From contig CAVRKD010000002.1 of assembly GCA_963722185.1 (NCBI GenBank), positions 79,362 to 143,361 on the forward strand: a stretch of DNA of 64,000 nucleotides. Reading direction: 5' to 3'. Shown piece after piece: positions 22,648 through 33,163 of this stretch. This stretch comes from an uncultured Actinomycetes bacterium. GTDB lineage: Bacteria > Actinomycetota > Acidimicrobiia > Acidimicrobiales > JACCXE01. Every line of letters begins with the position of its first letter. Position 1 is the first letter of the stretch. Position numbers and translations under genes: made by a program. The notes under the pieces are model-generated. The model was not told the origin of the DNA. It searched no databases and was given only the letters and a program-made list of their open reading frames with translations.

Positions 22648-23156
22648 CAGGTGCGGTGAGAAACGACTTCCAGCACCGCGTGCACGATTTCGCGCCCGGT
22701 CGCGGTCAGCTCGCGATGGGCGAGGTGCTCGATCACGGTGACCGTTTGCGGCCCGTTGTCGAGGTTGCCGTTCCACAACAAGTAGCCGGCCACAACGCCG
22801 AGCAGGCGGTCGCCGACTTCTTCGCCGTGCACGAGCAGCCGTTCACCGTTGCTGAGCCAGCCGCGGAGTTGCTCGTAGATGACGGGTAGTGCTTCGCGTG
22901 GGTCGTCGTGCGCACCGAACGGGACGTGGGACGCGGGGATGCCGAAGTCCTCGTAGGCGGCCATGTTGTGGGGCGAGGCCAGCACCGAGACGATGCGACT
23001 GAACCCGTTCTCGCGCAGCCAGATCATCTCTTCCTGCCGGCGAACCTTGCGGTGGCTACGGCCGTAGCCGCCCGGGCGCTCGCTGATGGCCAAGCGGTCT
23101 TTGATGATCCAGGTGAAGTTGCGAGGCTGGATTCCGGCGGCCCATTTCCCCTTCAT
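22647..23156 (-). CDS. Dual-specificity-phosphatase-like fold protein lacking the catalytic Cys
   Basis: NFTWIIKDRLAISERPG...WLRENG; VHGEEVGDR in place of HCxxGxxR; translationally coupled to folP and folB. Confidence 0.6.
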   Translation of the reverse strand: MKGKWAAGIQPRNFTWIIKDRLAISERPGGYGRSHRKVRRQEEMIWLRENGFSRIVSVLASPHNMAAYEDFGIPASHVPFGAHDDPREALPVIYEQLRGWLSNGERLLVHGEEVGDRLLGVVAGYLLWNGNLDNGPQTVTVIEHLAHRELTATGREIVHAVLEVVSHRT

Positions 23157-23953
23157 CAGGTGACCGTCACCGGCTCGCAGACGATGCGCATTGCGGCCAC
23201 GGTAGCGGCCACATCGTGAGCCCGGACCATTCCAACGCCTTTTGTTGCCGCCCAAACCGCGGCAGCAATCGAGGGTTCGAGGCGGTCGGAGGCCGGAGGG
23301 ACGGATCCGTCGGGATTCGGCGAGACTGCGCCAAGCATCGACTTTCTGCTCAAACCCACCAAAACCGGGTGTCCGGTGGCGCAAAAGTCGTCCAAATGAG
23401 CCAGAAGCGTCAGGTTGTGGGCCACGGTCTTGCCGAATCCGAAGCCTGGATCGATCCAGACTTCGCTCACGCCACCGGCCACCGCCGCACGCGCCCGCTC
23501 CACCAAAAATTCACGCACTTCGACGACGACGTCCGCGTAGTGGGGCTCGGCCTGCATATCGGCTGGCGTTCCCTGCATGTGCATGCCCGCCCAGGCAACG
23601 CCCGTTTCGGCGGCGATCGGCCACAGCGACGCACTCACGTCGTTGATGAGGGAGGCACCCGCCTCGACGGCCGCCCGGGCCACGTCGGGGGTCATCGTGT
23701 CGACCGAGATGCGCGCCCGACCAACCCCCGCCAGCGCCTCGATGACCGGCACGACGCGGGCTAGCTCCTCGTCGACGGAAGGCTGCACCGAGCCGGGCCG
23801 CGTCGACGCGCCGCCGACATCGATGACGTCCGCTCCGTCGTCCATCATGGCGACGCCTTGCGCGACGGCGTCCTCGAGGTTCAGAAACATTCCGCCGTCG
23901 GAAAACGAGTCCGGCGTGACGTTCAGCACGCCCATGACAAGCGGTTGGCTCAA
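23156..23953 (-). CDS. folP: Dihydropteroate synthase
   Basis: [43 protein letters not shown]. Confidence 0.95.
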   Translation of the reverse strand: MSQPLVMGVLNVTPDSFSDGGMFLNLEDAVAQGVAMMDDGADVIDVGGASTRPGSVQPSVDEELARVVPVIEALAGVGRARISVDTMTPDVARAAVEAGASLINDVSASLWPIAAETGVAWAGMHMQGTPADMQAEPHYADVVVEVREFLVERARAAVAGGVSEVWIDPGFGFGKTVAHNLTLLAHLDDFCATGHPVLVGLSRKSMLGAVSPNPDGSVPPASDRLEPSIAAAVWAATKGVGMVRAHDVAATVAAMRIVCEPVTVT

Positions 23954-24522
23954 CGGCGGCCGAAGAGGATGGTCATGGCTTCGGCGCGGGTGGCCGCGTC
24001 GTGACGGAACAAACCAAACACGGCGCTGGTGACGGTGGTGGTGCCTGGCTTGCGCACGCCGCGCATCGACATGCACAGGTGCTCGGCCTCGACGACGACC
24101 ATCACGCCCTTCGGCGCGAGTTCCGAATCGAGTGACGTCGCCACCTGCGTGGTGAACCGCTCCTGCACCTGCAACCGATGGGCATACACGTCGCAGAGAC
24201 GCGCGATCTTCGACAGGCCCGTGATGCGGCCCTCGTCGTTCGGGATGTAGGCGACGTGCGCGTGTCCGAACCACGGAACCATGTGGTGCTCGCACAACGA
24301 GTACACCGGGATGTCCTTGACCATGACCATCTCGTCGTGGTTCGCCTCGAATGTCACCGCGAGATGCGCCGCCGGATCGGCGTCGGTGCCCCCGGCGATC
24401 TCTCCGTACATCCGGGCAACGCGCGCCGGCGTGTCGCGCAGGCCGTCACGGTCGGGATCCTCACCAATCGAGAACAGCAACTCGCGCACGGCAGCCTCAG
24501 CGCGCTCCCGATCTATTGGCAT
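23950..24522 (-). CDS. folE: GTP cyclohydrolase I
   Basis: [37 protein letters not shown]. Confidence 0.96.
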   Translation of the reverse strand: MPIDRERAEAAVRELLFSIGEDPDRDGLRDTPARVARMYGEIAGGTDADPAAHLAVTFEANHDEMVMVKDIPVYSLCEHHMVPWFGHAHVAYIPNDEGRITGLSKIARLCDVYAHRLQVQERFTTQVATSLDSELAPKGVMVVVEAEHLCMSMRGVRKPGTTTVTSAVFGLFRHDAATRAEAMTILFGRR

Positions 24523-24535
24523 GGGACGACGCTAG

Positions 24536-26489
24536 TTAGGCGGTGGCGGGGCGTGGACGCCGAAGGGCGCCCGGTGCCGGCGCTGGGGCGGGCCGACGCT
24601 TGGCTCCGCCGACCGGGATAGCCGCCGGCGAGCCCGGCTTCGGTCCCGACTTCTTCTTGACAGCCGGACGCCGCGGCTTCCACGTGCCGACCTTGCCGAG
24701 GATCGCGGCGAGGTCTTCACCCTCGAGCGTTTCCTTCTCCATTAACGCCTTCGCCAGCGCGTCGAGCGTGGTGCGATGCGTACTCAGGATGTCGCGCGCC
24801 TCGTCGTGCGCGGCATCGATGAAAAGGCGGATCTCGGCGTCGATCGCGCGCCGCCACTTCCTCTGAGTAGTTCTTCGTGTGACCGATGTCGCGGCCGAGG
24901 AAGACTTCGCCGCCGTTCTGGCCGAGCTGTTGCGGTCCGAGCACGTCGCTCATGCCCCACTCGGTGACCATCGAGCGCGCGATGCCGGACGCAACTTCGA
25001 TGTCGTTCTGCGCGCCGGTGGTCGGTTCGCTGAAGATCAGCTCTTCGGCCGTGCGGCCACCCATGAGGGTGGCGAGGCGGTGCCGCAGCTGTGACCGGGT
25101 GGTGATGTAGCGATCCTCGGTGGGCAACGACAGCGTCCACCCGAGCGATCTACCCCTCGCAACGATCGAAACCTTGTGCACGGGATCGGCGTGTTCGAGC
25201 ACGTGGCCTACCAGCGTGTGGCCGCCCTCGTGGTAGGCGATGACGAGCTTCTCGGACTCGCTCATCACGCGGGTCTTGCGCTCCGGACCGCCTATGACGC
25301 GATCGATCGCCTCTTCGAGTTCGGGCATACCGATGCGCTTTGAGCCGTGACGCGCCGCCAGCAGCGCCGCCTCGTTCATCAGGTTGGCGAGATCGGCGCC
25401 GGTGAAACCGGGCGTGCGACGCGCCAGCACGTTGAGGTCGACACCGGCAGTGAGCGGCTTGTCCTGCGCGTGCACGGTGAGGATCGCTTCGCGGCCGACG
25501 AGGTCGGGCGCGTCGACGACGATCTGGCGATCGAAGCGGCCTGGACGCAGCAGCGCGGGGTCGAGGATGTCGGGACGGTTGGTGGCGGCGATCAGGATCA
25601 CGCCGGTCTTGGACTCGAAGCCGTCCATCTCGACGAGCAACTGATTCAACGTCTGCTCGCGTTCGTCGTGGCCACCGCCAAGGCCCGCGCCGCGGTGGCG
25701 GCCGACGGCGTCGATCTCGTCGACGAACACGATCGCCGGCGCCGAGGCCTTCGCTTGCTCGAACAGGTCGCGCACGCGTGACGCGCCGACACCGACGAAC
25801 ATCTCGACGAAGTCCGAACCGCTGATCGAGAAGAACGGCACGCCGGCCTCGCCGGCGACCGCCTTGGCAAGCAGGGTCTTACCGGTACCAGGAGGACCGA
25901 ACAGCAATACGCCCTTGGGGATCTTGGCGCCCATCGCCTGGAACTTGGCGGGCGCCTCGAGGAACTCCTTGATCTCCTGCAACTCGGCGACCGCCTCGTC
26001 GGCGCCGGCGACGTCGGCGAAGGTGATCTTCGGCGAGTCCTTGGACACCTGCTTGGTCTTGGCCTTGCCGAACTGCATGACGCGGTTGCCGCCGCCCTGC
26101 ATCGAGTTGAACAGGAAGACGAACAGCCCGAGGATCAACAGGAAAGGCAGGATGCCGAGGACGAAGTTGAGCAGCGCATTGCTCTTGGGTGACTTGGAGT
26201 CGAGATCGATCTTCGGCTCGGCGGCGAGCAGCTTGGCGGTCAGTTCGTCGACGTACTCCTCGGGGTACTTCACCTCGAACTTCTGCCCCGACCGCAGCGT
26301 GCCCTGGATCTTGCCGGAGCCGTCGATGACTTCGGCCGACTTCACCTGCTTCGCGGCGACCTCGGCTTCGAAGGTGCTCAGGCTGAGCTTCTTGCGGGAG
26401 GGCCCGCCCTGGAAGACCGTGGTCAGAACGAGCAGCGCGATCAGCGCCACGACCACGTACACACCGGCGCCTCGCATGACCCGTTTCAT
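24536..26489 (-). CDS. ftsH: ATP-dependent zinc metalloprotease FtsH (frameshift near 24846)
   Basis: Two TM helices, [19 protein letters not shown]; C-terminus (IDAEIR...MEKETLEG) continues in a second frame. Confidence 0.93.
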
Positions 26490-26533
26490 CGCAGCAAGGC
26501 TACAGGGCGAATTTGCGCGGCCGAACTCGGCCT

Positions 26534-27056
26534 CTATTCGCCGTCGAGGACCCCGACATAGGGGAGGTTCCGGTACTTCTCGCGCGTTGTCGAGGCCGTA
26601 GCCGACCACGAATTCCGGCGGGATCGTGAAGCCGACGTACTTGAGTTCGAGGTCGTCGCGCTGGAGGCCTTCTTTGACCAGGAGGGCGCACACCTCGAGG
26701 GTCGCCGGGTGACGGGCAAGCAGGTTGCGCTTGAGATACGCCAGCGTGAGCCCGCTGTCCACGATGTCCTCCACGACCAGGACGTGGCGGTTGGTCAGGT
26801 CAGCGTCGAGGTCTTTGACGATGCGGACGACGCCGCTCGACTTGGTCGCGGCGCCGTAGGAGGCGACGGCCATGAAGTCGAACTCGACCTGAAGGTCGAT
26901 CGCCCGCGCCAGGTCGGCCATGAAGACAAAGGCACCTTTGAGCACGCCGACGAGCAGCGGCGGCCGGCCGTCGTAGTCCGCCGTGATCTCTTTGCCGAGT
27001 TCACGAATGCGGTTCTGCAGCTGCTCTTCCGAAACAACGATGCGATCCACGCCCAC
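26534..27056 (-). CDS. hpt: Hypoxanthine phosphoribosyltransferase (frameshift near 26582)
   Basis: [32 protein letters not shown]; [10 protein letters not shown] continues in a second frame. Confidence 0.9.
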
Positions 27057-27081
27057 GGAAACCGAACGGTAGCGGTCGCAG

Positions 27082-27941
27082 CTAGGCGCGCACGATCCGT
27101 AGAACGCCTTTCGTGCGTCTGACAGAGACGCCGGCCACGACATCGGTGCCGGTGCGTTCACCGCGGGCGACGGCGAGGACACGGTCGACGGCCGCGGCGT
27201 CGGGCGGATAGCCCTCGAGCTGCGGCCGGAGCCAGGCGCGGATCGCCCGCCGGGCGATCGCCGGCGGCGCAATGCGCAACGCGGCCACGTCGGTGGCGTC
27301 GATCGCCGAGGCCAGCTCGTCGAGCAGCGCGACCTCCTCGGTTGCGTGCTCGGCGAGCCGGCACAGGAGCGGCACCGGGTCACGCCGGCCGATGTCGCCC
27401 AGCAAGGGCAACAGCTCGTGGCGAAGGCGGTTGCGCGTAAACGCGGGGTCGTCGTTGGACTCGTCGACCACTGGCGTCGAGGCGTTCGGCGGCGCACAGC
27501 GCGTGCGTCTCGTGCCGACGGATGGCGAGCAGAGGCCGCCGCGCCGGTTCGCCGATGCCGCGCACGCCATCAAGGCCGCTCCCTCGGAGCAGATTCAGCA
27601 GGACGGTCTCCGCCTGGTCGTCGGCGGTGTGGCCGGTGAGAGCGTCTGCCGGCAACACATTGCGACGCGCCGCCCGCGCCCGCGCTTCGAGATTCGGCCC
27701 GCGTCCAACGTCGACCCGCTCACTCCGGAACCCGAAGCCGTACCGCCGCGCGGCGTCGCGCACGACATCAGCTTCGGTCGCCGACCCGGCGCGCAAGCCG
27801 TGGTCGACGTGCACCGCCGTCGCCGTGCAGCCCGCCTTGCGCGGCGAGCACGAGCAGCGCCAACGAGTCGGGTCCTCCGGAAACGGCGAGCGTGACCGCA
27901 CTACCCGCCGCCGGAAACCGGCACCGGGCAACCAGATTCAT
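27082..27941 (-). CDS. tilS: tRNA(Ile)-lysidine synthase (frameshifts near 27840 and 27480)
   Basis: SGGPDS PP-loop; [20 protein letters not shown]; [15 protein letters not shown], split over three frames. Confidence 0.88.
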
Positions 27942-29014
27942 TTTGCGAGGGCGAGGTTGGGCGCGTCGTCGGACACGCGCCGGATCCAGGCGGCCGGATC
28001 GCGGATCTCGCCGAGCGTCGGCAGCTGGTCGGGGCCTTGCCACACGCGGGCGAGCAGTTCGGGACCGCCCACGGCTTCGACGGCTTCGATAAAGCGCTCG
28101 CCGGCCTCGTACTGCTTCATCTTGGCGTCGAGGCCCGTGAGTTGCTGCACGAGCCGCGCCACCGCGGGCTGCCGCGTGTTGCGACGGGCGTGCAACGTGG
28201 CCGAGAACCGCGCCGCGTTCGGGATGCGACCGCGGCCCGCGCGATCCATCGTCACGTCGCCGTGGCCTTCGAGCAGGCTCATCAGGCCTTGCGTCTTCTG
28301 CAGCGTCTCGTACTGCTCGGGGCCGGCGAGCAGCGCTACCAAGCCGCCTTCGTCCAATGGGTTGCGGCCGTCGCGCACCGCTTCCACCGATCGGCGCAGC
28401 GCGTCGAGGAATCGCTTCGGGTCGATGTCGGCCACGTTGACGGTGGCGTCGACCAGACCGCGGAAGTAATCGTGCATCCACGGGATCCCCGTGAACTGCA
28501 CGCGGTGGGTCACCTCGTGCAGCGCGAGCCACAAGCGGAACTCGCGGGGCGGGAAGCCGAAACGCTTCTCCAGCGCGAGCACGTTCGGCCCGACGTAGTA
28601 GACGACGTCCCCCTCATTTTCTTCGTCGAACAACAACGCGTCGTATTGACCCAGCACCCGGGTCGCCATCCAGCCGAGCATCGCGCCGACCTCGAGCGCG
28701 GACACGGCTTGCGCAGGAATGGCGAGTGGGCCGCGCATCCCCGATTCGAGCTTCTCGGTCAGCGGGCGCAGTAGGCGGCGCATCGATCCGATGTTGGCCC
28801 GCACCCAGTCGGCGCGATCCACGACCTGGGCGCGTGCCGGGCCGCGCAAGCTGCGGAAGCCGAACTCTGCGAAGACCAGTTCTTCGGCCTCAGCCGTCAG
28901 CTCGGCGAAGTCGGGACCGAGCGATGCGTAGTGATAGGACCGGGCCAGCGGTTCTGAGCCGGCGACGCGTACGGCAACCCGCTCTGCCAGCCCCCAGGCG
29001 ACCGCCTCCGGCAC
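27938..29014 (-). CDS. Zinc-dependent metalloprotease (zincin_2/DUF2342 family)
   Basis: VLGQYD, LHEVTHRVQF (HExxH), MSLLEGHGD. Confidence 0.85.
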   Translation of the reverse strand: MPEAVAWGLAERVAVRVAGSEPLARSYHYASLGPDFAELTAEAEELVFAEFGFRSLRGPARAQVVDRADWVRANIGSMRRLLRPLTEKLESGMRGPLAIPAQAVSALEVGAMLGWMATRVLGQYDALLFDEENEGDVVYYVGPNVLALEKRFGFPPREFRLWLALHEVTHRVQFTGIPWMHDYFRGLVDATVNVADIDPKRFLDALRRSVEAVRDGRNPLDEGGLVALLAGPEQYETLQKTQGLMSLLEGHGDVTMDRAGRGRIPNAARFSATLHARRNTRQPAVARLVQQLTGLDAKMKQYEAGERFIEAVEAVGGPELLARVWQGPDQLPTLGEIRDPAAWIRRVSDDAPNLALAK

Positions 29015-29018
29015 CGCC

Positions 29019-29153
29019 CTACCTCGGGTACTTCGGTCGGATGACCTTCCTCACGTAGCCGCCTGCGAGGCCGGCGAGGGCGAGGACACCGGCGGCGATC
29101 AACGGGAAGGCAACCCAGGCGTGCCATTGCTTCGCGGCGAGGAGGAACAACAT
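29019..29153 (-). CDS. Small (44 aa) membrane protein, below the ORF track cutoff
   Basis: MLFLLAAKQWHAWVAFPLIAAGVLALAGLAGGYVRKVIRPKYPR fills the gap between rsrA and the metalloprotease. Confidence 0.55.
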   Translation of the reverse strand: MLFLLAAKQWHAWVAFPLIAAGVLALAGLAGGYVRKVIRPKYPR

Positions 29154-29155
29154 GA

Positions 29156-29416
29156 TCACGACGTTACTTGGGTGCCGCCGTCACCTCGAAGCGCGGCGAG
29201 GATCTTTTCGGTCAGCCCCGGCGGCACCGTCTCGGAGCATTTCCTTGCGACGATTTGCAGTACCTCGGCCTCGAAGTCGAACTTCTCGAAGCACGGGGCG
29301 CACGCCTCGAGGTGCTCCTGCACTTGGAGGCGAATCTCGGGCGTCAGTTCGCCGTCGAGGAACTCGTACAACGTGTGACGAGCGTCGTCACAGTTCGCGT
29401 GGTCATGTTCCGTCAT
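29156..29416 (-). CDS. rsrA: Zinc-binding anti-sigma factor (RsrA/RshA-like)
   Basis: C...LYEFLDGEL, HLEACAPC (HxxxCxxC); directly downstream of the ECF sigma. Confidence 0.85.
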   Translation of the reverse strand: MTEHDHANCDDARHTLYEFLDGELTPEIRLQVQEHLEACAPCFEKFDFEAEVLQIVARKCSETVPPGLTEKILAALRGDGGTQVTS

Positions 29417-29426
29417 GAGTTCTCGT

Positions 29427-30005
29427 TCACCGCGGGGTCGTCGCTTCCTCAACCAGGCCTCGTTCGAGTCCGAAGTCGTATAACGCCTTCTGAAGCGCCC
29501 TTCTTCCCCGGTGGAGCCTGCTCATAACGGTACCGATGGGCACCTCCATGATGTCGGCGATCTCCTTGTAGGAGAAACCTTCGACATCGGCGAGCAACAC
29601 CGGGATCCGGAAATTCTCGGGCAGCGATTCGACTGCGGCCTTCACCTCGTCGTCGGTGATGCGCTCGAGGACGGTGTCTTCGGTCGTGCGGTTGGCCAGC
29701 GCCGCCTCGAGACCGCCCACGCGGTTGTAGAGGAAGAAGTCCTCGCCCTCCTCGAGGTCGACGGACTCGGGGCGGCGCTGCTTGGCCCGGTAGATGTTGA
29801 TGTAGGTGTTCGTGAGGATGCGGAACAACCACGCCTTGAGGTTGGTCCCCTCGTTAAAGCTCCCGTAGCCCCGGTAGGCGCGCAGATACGCCTCCTGCAC
29901 CAGGTCCTCCGCGTCGGCCGCGTTTCGCGTCATACGGAGCGCACCTCCGTACAAAGCGGACATAAACGGCGTGGCGTCGTCAGCGAACGTTGATTGGTCA
30001 GCTAT
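29427..30005 (-). CDS. sigR: ECF sigma factor SigR/SigH; probable ATA start
   Basis: [50 protein letters not shown]; homology appears to extend upstream of ATG 29963 to ATA 30005. Confidence 0.88.
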   Translation of the reverse strand: MADQSTFADDATPFMSALYGGALRMTRNAADAEDLVQEAYLRAYRGYGSFNEGTNLKAWLFRILTNTYINIYRAKQRRPESVDLEEGEDFFLYNRVGGLEAALANRTTEDTVLERITDDEVKAAVESLPENFRIPVLLADVEGFSYKEIADIMEVPIGTVMSRLHRGRRALQKALYDFGLERGLVEEATTPR

Positions 30006-30093
30006 GCCGCGACACTATTCCTTCGGGCGAAGCAGGCCGATAAGGGCTGTGTCGAGAATGTCTATAAGGGACACACACCCTTAAGGGAGCGCG

Positions 30094-31443
30094 TTGACAG
30101 TGAGTTCAGAGGCACATGTCGCGCACGTTTGGCGGAGGCTTGGCTTTGGTCCAGCGCCGGGGGACGTGGAAGCGGGCGTCGCCGCGGGCGGCGCCGCCGC
30201 GGTCATCGAGGACCTCCTCGCGCGCCCTGCCACCACGCTGACGGACTGGCACTGGCCGACCGACACGAGGAACCCACCGGTCGTCGACGACATGGCGCGC
30301 TGGGTCGACCAAATGTGGAAGCTGTGGATGCACAGCCCCGGCGTCGTGCAGGAGCGCATCTCGTGGATCCTCACGGGCATCACGGTCGCCGGCATCACCG
30401 ACTCGGTGAAGTACCTCGACCTCAAGGATCACCACAACCACCTGCGAGCGTGGCCGTCCGCGACGTACAAGTCGTTGCTCACCGATGTCGCCAGCGGTCC
30501 GGCGGTGCAGAAGTACCTCGACGGAGTGCTCAGCGCGCCGCCGCATCCCAACGAAAACCTGGCGCGCGAACTCATGGAGTTGTTCGGCCTCGGCGTTACG
30601 CATCCCGCGACGGGCGCCAACAACTACGACGAGACCGACGTCAAAGAAGTGGCGCGCGCGCTCACCGGTTACCGGTGGAACGGGCAGACGGGACCGAGCA
30701 GCGTCTGGTTCGATCCGGCGTTCTGGGACAGCGGCGAGAAGACCTTCCTCGGCGCGTCACGCGGCGCAGCCAAGTTGCCCGAGGTCATCGACGCCATCGC
30801 CTCTCACGACAGCTTCAAGTACTTCGTTCCAAAGCAGATCTATCGCGACCTCGTCGGCGTCGACCCGTCTTCGAGCGCGCTCAGCGAGATGGCGGCGGTG
30901 TGGGGTGCCGACGGCGACATCGCCGGTCTGGTCAGCCATATCGCGCATCGGCCGGAGTTCACCGCCGAGGCGACGATTGGCAACCGCGTCAAGAGCCCGG
31001 TCGAGTTGATGGCCAGTTGCATGCGCGTCCTCGGCTTCGCCGACGTCAGCCAGTTCTCGCTTTACTGGACCCCGGCTTTGCTGCGCCAGAACCCCATCAC
31101 CCCACCCGACGTGTCCGGTTGGGACAGCGGCTGGTTGCACCCCGCGCACATCGTGTCGTGGTCGGAGATGGCGTACTGGCTGAGCTGGTTCGACCGGGGC
31201 CCGAGGGAGACGCAATACCCGACGCCGGTGGCTCAGCGGAGCCCGACGATGCGCAACTTCTTCGCGCAGGCGACCACGTTTACTGCGACCGACATGGCTC
31301 TGCGCCTCGCCGGGCTGTACGACGTGCCGCCGTCGACGCGCGACGCCGTCGACGCATACGTCAAGGCCGGCACGTGGGACTGGCAGCGTGCCTGCGGAAC
31401 CATGCAGCTCGTCTTCAACAGCCCCGAGTTCATGGTGAATTGA
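30094..31443 (+). CDS. DUF1800 family protein (copy 1)
   Basis: HVWRRLGFG, PNENLARELMELFGLG, ETDVKEVARALTG, VKSPVE, PPDVSGW, SPEF. Confidence 0.88.
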   Translation: MTVSSEAHVAHVWRRLGFGPAPGDVEAGVAAGGAAAVIEDLLARPATTLTDWHWPTDTRNPPVVDDMARWVDQMWKLWMHSPGVVQERISWILTGITVAGITDSVKYLDLKDHHNHLRAWPSATYKSLLTDVASGPAVQKYLDGVLSAPPHPNENLARELMELFGLGVTHPATGANNYDETDVKEVARALTGYRWNGQTGPSSVWFDPAFWDSGEKTFLGASRGAAKLPEVIDAIASHDSFKYFVPKQIYRDLVGVDPSSSALSEMAAVWGADGDIAGLVSHIAHRPEFTAEATIGNRVKSPVELMASCMRVLGFADVSQFSLYWTPALLRQNPITPPDVSGWDSGWLHPAHIVSWSEMAYWLSWFDRGPRETQYPTPVAQRSPTMRNFFAQATTFTATDMALRLAGLYDVPPSTRDAVDAYVKAGTWDWQRACGTMQLVFNSPEFMVN

Positions 31444-31450
31444 GCCGACG

Positions 31451-33067
31451 ATGACCTACACCACCAACCGCCGCCGCTTCCTCGTGCAACTCAGCACCGC
31501 CGTGGCCGCCGGCGCGTCCACACCGTTGTGGTTCGACCTCGTCAAGGGCGGCGGGCTGCCGTTCGCTTGGGGAGCCGGCGAAGCCGACGTGCTGGCGCCC
31601 GGAACACCGATCTGCGTACACCTCGCCCTTGAGGGTGGGAACGACTACCTCAACACGCTGGTGCCCGTCGAGGACGGCTTCTACAACTCGCCAACGGTTG
31701 GCCACGGCTCGATCGCGCTGACCGCGACCGACACCCTCGCGCTAACCGGAACCAACTACCGCCTGCACAAGAACCTCGCCTGGCTAGCCAACCGGTGGAA
31801 CACGACCGGCGACGTCGGGTTTGTGCTCGGCGTGGGCAACACGCAGCAGAACTTCAGCCACTTCGACTCGATGAAGTACTGGTCGACCGGCCGGGCCGAC
31901 ATGGCGGGCAACACCGGCTGGCTCGGTCGGTACTCCGATCTCACGCCGCAGCAGAATCCGCTTGGCAGCATCAGCATCGAGAACCTGCACCCCGATGCCG
32001 TTGGCACGCGAGCGCCGACACTGGTCGTGGAGAACTGCGCCGAGTTCACCTACAGCGCGCCGTGGCTCAACACCAACGTGTTCCTCGACAGCGCGCAGCA
32101 GATGGCGGCCCGCACGGGCACGGCGCCGGCCGACGAGATCGCGAAAATGATGAACACGACCTTCCAGGTCGCCAGCCGGATCCAGGGCGCCAACGACGTC
32201 GACATCATCAACAGCGCTCCCAACCCGGCGTGGATCACCAAGCAGCTACTCCAGGCCGCGCTGCTCATTCGGGCCGGCATGCCGACACAGGGTTACTCGC
32301 TGGCTCTCGGCGGCTTCGACAGTCACGCCGGGCAGAAGCAAATGCAGACCGCTCGCTTCACCGAGATCAACGAGGGCCTGACGAAGTTCTTCGCCGCGCT
32401 GGCCGGTCATGAACGCGCTCGCGACGTGTTCGTCCTGATCACCTCGGAGTTCGGACGCCAGGTCACCTCGAATAAGGACCTCGGCACCGACCACGGCCAA
32501 GCCGGCATGGCGATCTTCATCGGCGGCGGCACGATGCGCGGGATCTACGGCCAGGCGCCGACGTTGGACCCGGGGGGCCCGACCGCTCCGAACCGCGTGA
32601 GCGACGCGCTCATCCCGACGCTCGACTTCCGCAGCGTGCATGCCACCGCGCTGGCGCGTCTCGCCAAGGACGACACCAACGTGGCGGACTCGGCGCTCAA
32701 CTCGCACTACGAGAACCTCGGGTTGTTCAGCCCGTGGACACCGCCGGCACCAACAACCACGACAACGTCCCCGCCACCGACGACGACCACGACGGCGCCG
32801 CCGAACCAGAAGCCGATCCCGTCCTTCACACTCAGCAAGACCACCGGCGCGATGCCGTTGAGCCTCTCGGCCAACGGCGGCGCGTCGATCGACCCCGACG
32901 GAACCATCTCGAAGTACACGTGGAAGTGGGGTGACGGCACCGCGTCGTCAACCGGCAAGACGGCGAGCCACGTGTATCTCAAGCGCGGCACGTTCACGGT
33001 TCAGCTGACTGTGACCGACAACAAGGGCGCCACCGCCTACACGACGAAAACCGTGAAAGTGACCTAA
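31451..33067 (+). CDS. DUF1501 family protein with Tat-like signal and C-terminal PKD domain (copy 1)
   Basis: RRRFL, GGNDYLNT, GGFDSH, SEFGR, GTDHG, DFRSV; Thr/Pro linker; PKD motif DPDGTI..YTWKWGDG..LTVTDNKGA. Confidence 0.88.
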   Translation: MTYTTNRRRFLVQLSTAVAAGASTPLWFDLVKGGGLPFAWGAGEADVLAPGTPICVHLALEGGNDYLNTLVPVEDGFYNSPTVGHGSIALTATDTLALTGTNYRLHKNLAWLANRWNTTGDVGFVLGVGNTQQNFSHFDSMKYWSTGRADMAGNTGWLGRYSDLTPQQNPLGSISIENLHPDAVGTRAPTLVVENCAEFTYSAPWLNTNVFLDSAQQMAARTGTAPADEIAKMMNTTFQVASRIQGANDVDIINSAPNPAWITKQLLQAALLIRAGMPTQGYSLALGGFDSHAGQKQMQTARFTEINEGLTKFFAALAGHERARDVFVLITSEFGRQVTSNKDLGTDHGQAGMAIFIGGGTMRGIYGQAPTLDPGGPTAPNRVSDALIPTLDFRSVHATALARLAKDDTNVADSALNSHYENLGLFSPWTPPAPTTTTTSPPPTTTTTAPPNQKPIPSFTLSKTTGAMPLSLSANGGASIDPDGTISKYTWKWGDGTASSTGKTASHVYLKRGTFTVQLTVTDNKGATAYTTKTVKVT

Positions 33068-33163
33068 CGGAACGGTCCTCTGTTGTTTGAATAGTTGGGC
33101 GCCGATAGGGCGGTGTTGTGAATACGTTGGGTTGTGAAGGCGACGCACCTGTAAGGGGTCGTA

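Noticed and set aside
24717-27497. 926-aa ORF suggesting an Hpt-FtsH fusion
   Set aside because: Created by the frameshift near 26582; the hpt C-terminus and stop lie in another frame, and ftsH has its own -10 and ATG at 26489
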